Source of the DNA: Haliotis rufescens
Taxonomy: Eukaryota
NCBI RefSeq assembly: GCF_023055435.1
Contig: NW_025964223.1
Location: 46,810,001 to 46,874,000 of the forward strand
Length of the DNA: 64,000 nucleotides
Direction: 5' to 3'
Under the pieces are notes generated by a model. The model saw only the letters and a list, made by a program, of their open reading frames with translations, did not search any database and was not told the origin of the DNA. Positions 1 to 13,332 of this stretch are shown here, piece after piece. Each line of letters begins with the position of its first letter. Within the stretch, counting starts at the first letter, position 1. The position numbers and the translations under genes are program-made.

Positions 1-651
1 AATAAAGATCGATTTGAACGATGAAACGTTCCATCACATATATTATTATTGTAATCTACCGTAGCCTGTGTGACGTAAGCATAATTTTGTTGAATAATGA
101 TTTGCTCACTCATTCTTGTCACAGTGCGTTGCTATCGTTACGAGGTGATTTCAAAATTTAAACGCAAGGGTTAGCGCAGAAATAAGTACAAACAGATCTA
201 AATTGTGAACTCAGTGAATGACCACACACAATCAATGAATAATCAAAACATTATATTCAAACACAACAATCACAAGAGGCAATACAATGGATGAAACGAA
301 GGCAGCGGCAATATGTAACAGGCCCTATAATATGTTAGTGCAATCACGAATGTCTATAATTTGGTCATTGTCGAATGACTTGAAACAGGGACTGTCTCCG
401 TTCTTGAATCCGTACTAGTGTTGGAAGTAATTCAGAGATTTCAAATATGTATCCAATCTGCAATTGGCAATTTGACATAGTTCAAGCCAAAAGGGTCTAA
501 TTTTGAATCAAAGTATGCTCGTCCAGGAGACAAACATTTACCTTATGGATTCCTTGTAGCACTCGCAACGTCACGTTTGACGTCGAATCGACTTACGCTT
601 TCTGACGTTTTATCGTTTAAATAAAAAAATCGTATAAATTCCGTATTTCTC

Positions 652-807
652 AGTCTCGTCGAAGACCCTGGTTCTATTCCCCTCATGAGTGCAATTTGTG
701 AAACTCATTTCTGGTGTCCCCCGCCGTGATACTGCTGGAATATTGCTAAAAGCAGCGTAAAACCACATTCACTCACTCACTCATGTACTCACGCACTCAC
801 TCACTCA
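652..807 (+). mobile_element. 5'-truncated family C SINE with (CACT)n tail
   Basis: gaagaccctggttctattccc...ctggaatattgctaaaagcagcgtaaaac. Confidence 0.8.
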
Positions 808-3800
808 TCGAAACACTATAAACTTTCGCTTAAGTTATTTCAAGTGTGCAGATGAGAGTAAGTGTTAATAAGGATGAATGTGTATTATGGAGAAATGTCA
901 AAGTGCAGTTGTGAACATTCTGGTTCAAAGCGAAAGCGGCATGCATCAGGAAGTGTTACCTGTGCTGTAGCATCACCGGTATTTTATGTGTTACACAACC
1001 GTTATGGAATGTTGTCTGACACAAAACTGCAGTGGAATAGTATATGTATCTTTTACACATCCACAGACCGCTGTAACTGTTACACACCAACATATGAGCT
1101 GTATTTGTTTACGCATCCACCGAGCCGTGCTATCTGTTATACACAAACAGATGCGTTGCATATGTTATACATTAAAAACTTCAACGCTACAAACAAAACA
1201 ATTTCGATTATCTGCCGAAACAGATTCCTTAGAGCGTAAAAGATCAAAGAGTGACGAAAATTATTATATACATTTTTATTATTATTATTTTTTTAAATTA
1301 TTATATACATGGATCACTGACATGCAGTGATGATACCAGGTGTTCGTGACAGGGTTAGCACATCCTGCTCTACCGTCTATCGTCACTCACACAATTTCCA
1401 TAAAAAGTAAGTGTTTATTTGTTGCCTAATGCTCAACCCAGCTATAACCCTGCCGCACGTCGGCGAACTGGAGGCAATCGACCAGACAATGAAGCGAACA
1501 TCACAAATCCTTGATTGAAAAGCCTAGCCATAAGCAAAACGTGTCTTGTCATGAACAATCCATGAACCCAAGCAACAGAGCAACGTAGACGCCTTAAGGT
1601 GTGGCTGGAAGTGTATTGATCGACATAAAGGGGAAATTCACGACGGGAAAATCAAAATCTTCGCTCTTGTCATATAGCCTATCCTTTTGTCCGTTATGTT
1701 AGAAGAATTGTGCCCCCAGAGAATAGATCAATATTTCCTACGCGAAAACAAAGCATCAAAGGAATAATTGAGCAATTCTTTTTATGATATATTGCAATAT
1801 GTGACTTAAATGTTTCATCCCAGTCAGAAAAAGAAGAAACCTTCCACACAAGATGTTCATTCTGGTGCCACTCACACGTTCCGTAGCTGTAACTTCGATG
1901 TTATCAATTTATATAATGGCGAATACTGAAGGTGAGATCAAACGAGTGGTCCATCAACTAATTGACAGTATATTTGTAGGATGACCCTTTCCTCGCTCGA
2001 TCGTCACTATGACTATTGCAACGCCAAAAAACTACAAATATACAGCTTGGGGCGAATATACCTCCAAATTACACACCAGAGGCGTTAATATCATTTGGTC
2101 CATTTCGTTAAGACTGAAGTGATTAAACACAAAGACGTAGTACTACGTATATCGATGATAAAACTATTAGTAAGAACAAATGTAATCACCACTGGCTTGA
2201 TAGTCACTTGCTTGATGGTAAGCCTCTCAATGTCACCTGATAGCTCCACTGTTTCATAGTCATTCATAAACACAAGCATATCGTATGTACAATGGGAATT
2301 TCTAATGATGGAAAGGTTTTTGTTACCTCTATTTACATACAGTAAATAATTTCGTCGAATTCCTTAATTGGCTGCCAATTATACTTGCGACACTGACGTA
2401 TTCCATACGTTGTACGTAGCTGTTACCTCCTGACAATACATCTGAAAAAGAAGCACCTCTACCCTATATATATAGCCTGTTCTGTGTTCATTAATAATGA
2501 ACGTCTACATAAGCTTCAGTCGCAACATATCATCTTGTCATGGAACATGAGCACGAAATTACCCTCGCAGTGACCATGCAGCTATTCCGTGTTGTAGTTG
2601 TATAATGTATGTGTAGTGTTTTATGGCAGTGTATTTTATTGTTTAACAATGATTGTAACTGTGTTACAATGCTTGTGTTGTGATTCAGTAAACGCTCATT
2701 GCATTGTGTTTGGACAGTGATCAGTCGTCGGGAGTGCAGTACTATTAAATGCAAGGAAGTTACTATATTTAGATGCTAGTGTGGCGTGTAAACTTCCGGT
2801 ACGGTATACCGCGGAAGGTGATAGTATGTTATGGAAACACGTGGAATATTCTTTGTTGTGAGGGCACTCTGTAGAAATTTCCAGGAGCTAGGAAGGTTGT
2901 ATGTAAGGAGACACGAGTGTGTTTACGCATCTCTCACGTAATTCATCACACCTGAACCAGCTTTCATGTGAGGATCAATCATCATAACTGATTCCCTGCC
3001 TAGCCCTTCTCGGAAGCTTCACCACTGCCGCCGCTGGATGAATATATTTTATTATCAATGACCATTGCTATCACCACTGTGTTTTGTATCTAATACTGCC
3101 CACTGCGATCATAGTATATATTGCCATTGCATATTGTACTACCACTGTATTGTGTACTGCCATTGAAATTGCTGTGCAGTAATTTGTATTAATTTGCAAG
3201 CTAAGTTTGTATTGTATGCCACTTGTTGGTGTTTTGTTGGATTCACCCTAAGTTCTTTTACGTAATGATTCCTGGGTCAATATACTCTTTCAATTTGGGA
3301 ATCCACACGTAACAGGAGACAGAGGCAAGATATTGAGATCTCAATACCATATCAGGAACAAAATAATAGGTACGATCAACAATCGACTCTAATGTCAATA
3401 CACAAGTGTTTTAAACCGCATTAGTACGCTGAAATGTAAAAAGGCCTAATATTAAGTGTGATGTTTCTTTGTGTTTTTTATTAGGAGGTTCCCGATAATA
3501 TGTCATGTTTGAGCCTTCTATATAGGCCACACTAAAATTCAGATCTGCACAAGACAGGAGTTTTATCACCAGTATAAAAAAGAACCACGTGACGCTAAAT
3601 CTGGCACGAAAATGTAAGCCTTTTAAGGGGACCAGCGCTTGAAATGAGCACTACATGATCTTGATTAAAACATTAATGACGTGTTTTTCTTTCGCGCCGT
3701 CGAACTTAGTTTTTCGGATGCAAGTGATGAACGATAGTAACAAGCAAATAAACTGCATTGTGTTGTTACATGACAGACCACACTGCTGGCATGATGGCTT

Positions 3801-5768
3801 CACGTCAACCTGTCTATATGCAAAGGAAAACTTGTGTCGTAAATAGTCGTGCTGTATGTTGTCGTATGAAGCTTCCATTAAGGTAAAAGTTTTCACGTTG
3901 TAAATATGCGATTATAAATTGTTCCCATTTATTAGTTTTAATAACCTGGTCACGGCATTTATTGTGCCATTTATCAGAAAGGTGTAGTGCTACATAACTG
4001 TTGTCATATGTATGAGCTGGATGTACGTGACACTGTCTGTAGTTCTGTCATTATAGTGTTAACAAACGACGTTTTTTCTACATTTGTTTAGAAACCCTTC
4101 AGCACACGCACACAAACACGTCTCGTGTCATTTTATGATAATAACAATTTTTAAAACGTTTTCTACTTTTTGAAAGCAGTGGCAAAGTCGATACAAAATG
4201 AAATTATAATTACACGTTTAATGGCCGCATGTATTTTGTGTAATTGAGTCCTCTCTCTGCAACCTCGTATTGCGCTTGAAATCGATTCCAAGTGACTCAA
4301 AATACACATAGTGGTTAGCATGTTGAGCCTAGGGCTTCCGAACTTCATATGGGAGCACTTACTTCACACAGGGCGAATATTACCCCTAGTCGTTTACCAA
4401 AGCTGGAGGACATGACGCATTCAGATACATTGTAATCAGTGTCTCACTCGAGGACACTTCGAAGTTAGTAGCACAGCTGTGTAATATATGTTTTCTAATA
4501 TACTTTTTTTCAATTAGCTCTGTCATGTTAGGACTTGCAAGAACATGTAGACGTCGTACGTCGATTATTCCCTGAGGACGGAAGTACGCTAACACATTTA
4601 GCCCAAGGATGACAATCCCTTGTGTAGATATATCATATTGCCATCTAGAATGCCCTTGATGTGACAGCGTTAGTGACACACCCAAGGTGATAAAGGTCAG
4701 GGCGTATATTGACAGTAGAATGTATTATACTTCTATTCTACGCGTTAATTGTATAAAGAAGCGTTATTCTCGACACAGTAAATATATTATGACGTTTTAA
4801 TTTGACCTACCTCGATGCATGGAAATCGTATACATTGTTAGACGAGGCATTGTCAATCAGGCATAGAGATACTTGAATATTATACGTTAACAGGTGTAGG
4901 GATATATTCTACGTTCCCAGACATCCCCGCACATTCCCAATCTGATCACAAATACTGCATAAAATCAAGAGTGAAGAGCATACAGGTTCCTGTTGAAAAT
5001 CAACAATACTGATGTCTCAGTGCGGCAATTGTAAATTGGCACGACTCCCATCATGGCTTTCATTTTTAGATCGCTGACTTTGTGTACTGGCGAGTAGGTG
5101 ATTCACACTGGCAGTGTGGGTTCGAATCAAGCACGGGAATCTGTACTTTACAAAGAAAGTGCTATCCCAAATATAACATTTGTTACGTTTGACCTAAACT
5201 CAATTGTGTTGACGTGCATAGGGACGTATCATAGGTGTCCGAACCTAAACATCTCTTTGATGATTATACTGTTATATAGAGCGGTGTCGGTAATTACCGA
5301 ACAGTCTAATTTCTTCTGTGTTGTCTTTACATGAAAAATAACTAATGCACGCATCGAACCTTTCATTATGAATCATATTCACATGCAGGGGTGAGTTTCT
5401 GAAGTCAGGTACACCTGATATCTTCACTATTTGATAGTGATTCATAAACACGTGCTCATGATATAGTCGGAATCGCAAATCGACTTTGTCTTTGGCCAAG
5501 ATTTCTTATAAATATGGAAAGGGTTTGTAGCTTTTATTCAGTACAGGTCGATGTTTAACCTGTTAACGTGTTTTTCTCTACAATCCCGGCTACTCCGAAC
5601 AACACTCAGGAGAGCTTTTGAAATGCTTGTGGTCGCAGTGCCATACCACGTGTTCAGTCGAAAACGAAAGTACCTGAACATTCATAAGCGTGTTACTAAA
5701 ATTGACAAAATATCGTCCGTTCCAAGAGCGTTTAATACCACATGAATATTTACAGTAACGATCAAACA

Positions 5769-6044
5769 GGGGGCACGAATGGCCAAGTCGTCTAAGGCGC
5801 CGCGATTCGCTGTGCAGAGTTTTGTCCCTTGGGCACGCCAGAAACCTATGATTGTGGGTTCGATATCCGGTTCGCCCCAATTATGTTTCTAGGTTTGTCA
5901 GCACCATACCCGTACTCGTGGGTTTCACCGAAGTGGTAAACGTCAAAGACCTGCATCACTTCGGGCTTTCCTCCCACATTAAGCTGACACGCCGCGATAT
6001 AAGTGGACTACTGTTAAAAGCGGCGTTTAACCCAACTCACTCAC
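5769..6044 (+). mobile_element. tRNA(Leu/Ser)-derived SINE (family A)
   Basis: A-box TGGCCAAGTCGTCTAAGG, B-box GGGTTCGATATCC, body GGGCTTTCCTCCCAC, tail GCGGCGTTTAACCCAACTCACTCAC. Confidence 0.85.
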
Positions 6045-8663
6045 TACAGTCAAATACTACTATGACTATATATTATATATAATCTACATGCGTGACATGC
6101 CATGTCACACCATGCTACGGTCTGTCATGTCTTATTTGAATTTAACATTGCTTGAAATCGACAATTATACGTAATTATACTGAACTAGATGAACGAACAT
6201 TAAACCCAACCACCACTTCGGATATGACTTTTTGCCCGATTGTTCGCTACACCCTTACACTTGTTTGTCTTGGTCAAGACTCCATGACGTGAATGTGTCT
6301 ATTTCTAGATCTATTCAACGGGGAGTATCTCATAAATATCGACAAGCGTCAGCATTGTTAATTGGAAGCTTTTCGTTTGCGTTCAACTTGATTCAAAAGG
6401 TGCCCACTGATAATGCAAGAATCAGCTATACATTATCTAATGTTCTTGATCGATGCAAGATACGACTACAGATTGGATGTAAAGTTTCGAAGAGGAGATT
6501 AAAAAACTAAAATTATTGTCGTAGTATTTTAATGCGAATATGTCAACATACGAATCACGTGGAAGACTTTGATGCCGAGTGTCTGCCTTCGGTTACTTTT
6601 TATTATTTATATTTTCTTCAGGAATACATCTTGAAGAATTAAGTTTCAAAAGCAACAGCGATGCGAGAAATCAATAGAGAAATATAATTTTATTCCGTAA
6701 TACCCCATACTGTTATTTACTGTTTTCATTATTATTTCTGACATTTGTTTATTATTTCTGACATGTGAAAAGTGACAAGAAACATATCTCAGCAGATCGT
6801 TATAGTGTTAATAAAGCGACGAAACCCTTTCCAAATCCAGTAGACATCTCTGAATCTCTCGATTGTACGATCCCGACTATATGCACAATTATTTATTGTG
6901 GAAAAAATGTACAACATATAATACAGGTGAACATTGCTTGATTTACCATAGTAACATGAATACTTTGTAAGGCAACTGTACATGGAACTGTAGTACACGC
7001 ACCTACTCAAGGACTCCAGGTGCCTTCACTTACGTTGTGGAGAGTGGTTATAAATGTATCAGATATCAGATTCTCTAACCACTTTAGTTAAACGCTCACA
7101 TTAACAATCACACGATGCGGAAATACAGCAATGAATTAGTGGTTAAGTTAAGGTTTACATCCTATCGGCAATGAAGGCGAGACCAAAATATTCATCATTA
7201 AATTCCAATTAACAAAACAATAAACACAGTTTCAGTTTAAAATAAACAAGTTCAAAACTAAAACACATGATTGTTATTGTATAGATTACATCTGATCCTG
7301 CACAATTCACCTGCAGGAGTAATGCCATTATTTTGGTCACAACTGTAGTTGTATGTAAAGACAACCAACATTAAAATTCAAATAACGAACAACGCACCAA
7401 ACCATAGATGACTTTGATCTACGTGCCACTGTCACATATAACAATGACCGGCCCAGCGTCATATTAAAAGTGTAGTAAATGTATCACTTACCTAAATATG
7501 AAGGTACGTGTGGTGTGTCAATATGATCTGGTAAAGACTGTCCGATCTCAATGGACATGTGGTTACTCTGCAATCAGCGAATCAGCTCACAGCGTAGAAC
7601 TAAGCCTTCAACTAAACAACCAGGTGGCGCCAATAACTGCGGACTTGGCAAAGTAATTGTTTGACTTAGCCATGGCTTACTACAGTATCAGCCTGAAAAG
7701 TGACCATCGCAGCAGAAGAACCGTCGACGTTCGGGGGACCAGTTCCATGCACTACTAAGCCTCCTTGAATGCAGAATCGACAAACACAACTCCAGAGAGT
7801 GACAGTCGTCACGGGCATGGTCAACAACGGTCGCAAAGCATACCATGTTCCTTACATAGTTCCACTGAGCTTCTTTGGGTGATAACGTGTAGCGGAATAT
7901 GCCATAAATTGATCATGTCTCACACCATTATGCGAATACTAAACGCTCATTCCCAAAGGTGGTATCAATTATATTGATCTTTCATTTCACTGGCAATCCT
8001 GTATTTCCCAAAGGAAATCGAACTGACGGTCGCCAAGTTGTGAAAAACTAAGTGCCAACATTATCTTATCTCTTAGCAGTAATATGATCCTGATGACGCA
8101 TTTTATCAGATTCTGAAAAAGTATTGACACGGTACTCCAGAATCTAACCAAATGATATAATTAATCAACCACACTATAATTGTCCATGATATATGATATC
8201 CACATGTCATCTTAAGTCATACAGACAACAGTGAGATGAGGACATCCCACGGGTTGTATCCAAAACTGACTGTTAGCATTGGCTTTTCCAATGAACGGAA
8301 ATCCGAACTCACCATGTTAAAAAAAACATTATTGACACTGACAGAGCACTTCCGAAGCCTGTCTGAAATCATCCTTATGTATATCAGTACTGCTTAAATG
8401 TTGCTCTTTGCTTTCTTTAGCCAACCAAGTAATCTCTAAAAGGTGTAACATGCACTTTTGAGTCATTAGCCATGTTCAGGAAGCATGTATGTCATTGGCT
8501 TTGAGGCTATAGCTGCATTATTGTGAACCATCACCCCCATTAACGGGAGGCTTCTCCCTACGCTCGTCACCATACAGATTTGGCGGAGATAACGCTGACG
8601 TTGAAGGTTTAACTCACACAAGCACTTGGAAGTGAGTGAAGGTTGGGTTTAACGCCGCTTTGA

Positions 8664-8871
8664 CTTGTTTGTTTGTTTGTTGTTGAACGCCGCACTCAGC
8701 AATATTCCAGGTATGTGACGGCGATGTGTAAATAATCGAGTCTGGACAAGACAATTAAGTGATTGACATCATTAGCATCGATCCACGCCATTGGGATACA
8801 ATGACATGCATAGTCGGTTTTTTTAAGGCAAGTATGTGTTGCGGAAGATCTTCCCCGGATCTTCACGGGTC
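8664..8871 (-). mobile_element. Family B retroposon with internal deletions, next to another SINE tail fragment (~8631-8661)
   Basis: aacgccgcactcagcaatattccag...cttcacgggtc. Confidence 0.8.
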
Positions 8872-9092
8872 TAAAGCCAATAGTGTAGTTATATCACGGT
8901 GATCAAGTGATGTGTGTTTTACTATGTGTGTTTTACTCGTTCATCAACCTTGTGAAAACTACACGCACATATATCGTGCTGACAAACATGTAGCAATCTG
9001 TAGCAAAAACATTTTTGGGTGTATACATGTTCTCATTACCCCCTGTTTGTACCTAAAATAATTTGTTTGAAAAACACATCTTATTACGCATA

Positions 9093-9382
9093 TACGGAAG
9101 CGTAGTGGGGCCACGGTGAATCTTGTAGGACTTACTATCTCCTACGTAGGACTAATTATCTCTTACGTAGGACTTAGTATGGCCTAGAACCACTATCTCC
9201 TACGTAGGACTTAGTATCTCCTACGTAGGAGATAGTAAGTCCTGCGTAGGAGATAGTAAGTCCTACGTAGGTGATACTAAGTCATACGTAAAAGATACTA
9301 AGTCCTACGTAGGAGATAATAAGTCCTACGTAGGAGATACTTAGACAAAAGAAATTCACCGTTGCCATATTACGCTTCCGTA
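9093..9382. mobile_element. Palindromic MITE with ~30-bp TIRs and internal 20-bp CCTACGTAGG repeats
   Basis: TACGGAAGCGTAGTGGGGCCACGGTGAAT / ATTCACCGTTGCCATATTACGCTTCCGTA; flanks cgcata/tgcata (possible 6-bp TSD). Confidence 0.8.
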
Positions 9383-9680
9383 TGCATAAAAGTGTGAAAT
9401 TTATTTTTTTAGAAACAACTAAATGGAATTGCCATTATTTCCGTATGTATAACTCAGGGGAAAAGAGAAAAACATATAATAATTATTTTTCATCACTATC
9501 ATTATATTTATATTTCAAATGGTATAGTAGCATTTAACATACGTTGACATGGATACATGCTAGGTTGAAGTTGAACTACGTACTGTGCTGATGTGGGGAT
9601 GTTCGGGTGAGGAATTGGTTGCTATGTTTAACTGCTTCTCAGCCATGTTGTAAATATCTTTGGGGTTCCGAAGGGACCCA

Positions 9681-9938
9681 AGGGGGCACGAATGGCCCAG
9701 TCGTCTGAGGCGCCGTGATTTGCTATACAGAGTTGCGTCCCTTGGGCACACCAGAAACCTATGATTGTGGGTTCGAATCCTGGTCCGTCCCAATTATGTT
9801 TATAGGTTTGTCAGCACTATAACCGTGCCTGTGGGTTTCACCGTAGTGATAAACGTTTGAGACCTGCATCACTTCGGGCTTTTCGAAGCTGACACGCGGC
9901 GATATAACTGGACAACTGTTAAAGGCTTACTCACTCCC
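9681..9938 (+). mobile_element. Family A SINE with 9-bp TSD
   Basis: TSD aagggaccc at 9671-9679 and 9939-9947. Confidence 0.85.
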
Positions 9939-10911
9939 AAGGGACCCTGCATCAGCTACCTACTTTTGTACGCATTGCCGTTCCATCGTCTGAGACGTTA
10001 CTGTGCTTGTAGCATGACCAGAAGACCAGCAATGAGTCCGAGGACAGTAGTTCCGGATTACTTGTATAGACATTCAAGGGCCCACACTACAATCAATGTA
10101 TCACTAAAGACTTATCTCATTAGATGTGTCTATGACCCTGTGTGAGGCGCTATGAGCGACTACGTAGACGGAAATGGCGCTGAAGAAATGGACTTTTTTA
10201 TTATTATTATTATCACCGGGTTTGATACTCGCGTAAACTTTACTGCATTTCTGTCCATTACTGAAGAGATAACAAACTGGATAGGACATGCCCGTCGCAG
10301 AATAGGCAACAGGATGCGACCGAGCTTCGACTGGATCTCAATACCATAGGAAGGGTTAGTTAAGGTATTCGAGAATGGCTTTGCCTATCATGTGACCTGA
10401 GATAGCCGTTTTTTTTATTACATATCAGACCATGTCTTTGTCCACATGTGGTTTCTGTCGTGATCGGATGATTCATGACCTGTCTGTGACTGGTGTCACC
10501 ATCGATCGATTCCTTGCCTTGTCTCTTATTTTCCCAACTTTCTGTCTCCAATATTTCTAAATTCAGTAACATTACAGAAAGGCACATCATCGAAACTATC
10601 GATAGTCACTATGATGGACCTCCATTTGTAAGCATTTTCTAAGGAATGCATTTTTACCGTATGACACTGATACAGCTGGTCGTAAGTAGCGACTTATTAA
10701 TGGATCGCGTGGTCAGGTTCAATGAACTGGTTAATGGCATGTTAACGTACCCCAACGGCGTCAAACATGGCTCATTTGATCAATCACTGGTTTGTCCAGA
10801 CTCGATCTATACACGCACATGTATATGCTAAACAGTTAAGAAAGGATGCCAGCATACGGAGTTTACTCGCGTGAATTTGAACATCCTTTTTCTTCAGGGA
10901 ATCATCAGGTT

Positions 10912-11183
10912 AATTGGTTGGTTGGTTTGTTGTTTAACGCCGCACTCAGCAATATTCCAGCTATATGACGGCGGTCTGTAAATAATCGAGTCTGGACCAG
11001 ACAATCCAGTGATTAATGTCATGAGCATCGATCCACGCCATTGGGATCGATGACATTCATCAACCAAGTCAGCGAGCCTGACCACCCGATCCCGTTAGTC
11101 GCCTTTTACGACAAGCATAATCACCTTTTACGGCAAGCATCGGTTGCTGAAGACCTATTCTACCCCGGAATCTTCACGGGTCC
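10912..11183 (-). mobile_element. Short non-tRNA retroposon (family B), full length with 13-bp TSD
   Basis: TSD gaatcatcaggtt at 10899-10911 and 11184-11196; head GACCCGTGAAGATTCCGGGGTAGAATAGG, tail GCGGCGTTAAACAACAAAC. Confidence 0.9.
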
Positions 11184-11394
11184 GAATCATCAGGTTGTGA
11201 TTATAGTCTGAAATATCGTGGATGTATTGAACATTACAGGTCCTCTTGGACTGGATCGACTGGACCTGATACATGCGTACATTACAACACTAGCGATTCT
11301 GACATGCAGAATATTACCCGCTCAAATCATTCTCCGTCCTAAATACAAGTCATGCATCTGACATTGTAACTTAAATCTCCCATTGCACGTCTGT

Positions 11395-11990
11395 ATGACA
11401 TGGTGTCATGGCATGAGGTTACGGCATGGTATTATGGCATGCTGGTATGGCATGCTGGTATGGCATGCTGGTATGGTATGGTATAAAACAAGGCGGTATT
11501 GCGTGGTGGTAGGGCGTAGTGTTATGACATGGTGTTATGGGCGTGGTAGTATCTCGTGGTCTCATGACGTGGTGTTATGGCTTGGTGCTATGGGGTAATG
11601 TTATAGCGTGTTTTGGTATGATGTTATCGCATGGTGTTATGCATGGCAGAATGGCGGGGTTTTGTGGCGTGGTGTTATGACATGGTGTCATGGCATGAGG
11701 TTATAATTACGGCATGCTGGTATGGCATGCTGGTATGGTATGGTATGGTATGGTATAAAACAAGGCGGTATTGCGTGGTGGTAGGGCGTAGTGTTATGAC
11801 ATGGTGTTATGGGCGTGGTAGTATCTCGTGGTCTCATGGCGTGGTGTTATGGCTTGGTGCTATGGGGTAATGTTATAGCGTGTTATGGTATGATGTTATC
11901 GCATGGTGTTATGCATGGCAGAATGGCGGGGTTTTGTGGCGTGGTGTTATGACATGGTGTTATGGCATGGTGTTATGGCATGATGTTGTA
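11395..11990. repeat. (GGCAT/GGTAT)-rich low-complexity region with a ~275-bp higher-order duplication
   Basis: atgacatggtgt recurs at 11395, 11677 and 11949 with near-identical intervening blocks. Confidence 0.9.
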
Positions 11991-13189
11991 GCATGCATCA
12001 GTCATCGCAGCAAACTGTTTTCATACAGCACAAATAATGCTATTTTTGTAATTATTATTTTGCAGCCATTCAATTTCCTTCCGTCTGCTCTGATTCGTCT
12101 CCAAAAGAAAAAAAAATAATAATGAGAATCTGACATGATCCCGGGAGGACGGCAAGAATCTAAATAGAACTAATTTGGTTGTTTTTTTGTTCTTTACACT
12201 ACTTTGTATTTGCAGATTCTGTGGATTCCGTGATGGGAAGGTTTGGTGATATGAAGCTACATAGGATAATTGAGAGCCCAAACCTAATCAGAGGTTGCCG
12301 TTATGTTTCTTATAAGAGACGTATATTTAGATATGCATTTACTGACATACTACTTAACCCCCGTTGAGAGGGGAAATGAGACTTGATTAATGTTGACCAA
12401 GTGAAGGAGTTGTAGTGAAATAATCAGCAGACTATTTCCATAATTTGTTCACACAATAAATCTATCATTTAAAGAAGAATATGTTATGATTGACATCTCA
12501 CAGTGTGATTCCATTCTATGGTTATTTTTGCTTCAGCAACATACAAATGTTGCTTATTTATAAAACTGCTTTTTCACTAGCTGAGGAAACTAATGTGTTT
12601 TGGATTCAATGCTGTGAGAACGTTCCTTCAGTTTACTAATGGCGTGTCAACTTCAGGTTGGAGATAATTATAAGCCCGATTTGTGCATCTTGTAGAAACC
12701 CACAAGCTCTAGTGAACATACGTGTTTTTCACATAGCACTCAATGACACATTTTGCTCACAACTAAGCCTTCTTCAATGAAGGTTTCACCATCAAAGTCC
12801 TTGTTAAGTCATTTAAGAATGTTATGCAAGACATTCAGAAGATTTAACTGAATATGACATGTGTGAATTAAAGATGCTATGCGTATCCAATGTAAACTGA
12901 CCAAGGCGATAGACATTATTCGAGTGCTGAGTAAAACACCAGATCACTACTCGGCGTTCTAGTGTTTCCCTTCGTGTCTGCGCTAGTGGAATAGGATTTC
13001 AACAAAAGGATTTTCGGACGGCAGCACTCCTAAAAAAAGACATGTATAACCATATTTATGATGCGAGAAGTAACACGCATTTACAAACAGGACAAAAGCG
13101 GACACGAGCAATAGGGTCGAAAATGCCAAATATTTGCCTGTACAGTGTGGTTCCGAATAAATAATAGCGACAAATTCTTTTCCATAATA

Positions 13190-13332
13190 NNNNNNNNNNN
13201 NNNNNNNNNNNNNNNNNNNNNNNNNNNNNNNNNNNNNNNNNNNNNNNNNNNNNNNNNNNNNNNNNNNNNNNNNNNNNNNNNNNNNNNNNNNNNNNNNNNN
13301 NNNNNNNNNNNNNNNNNNNNNNNNNNNNNNNN
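13190..13332. other. Assembly gap (N run)
   Basis: Run of n characters. Confidence 0.99.

Noticed and set aside
2780-3314. Possible solo LTR (TGT...ACA with imperfect terminal inverted repeat)
   Set aside because: No matching TSD, no second copy and no internal gag/pol sequence in the window.
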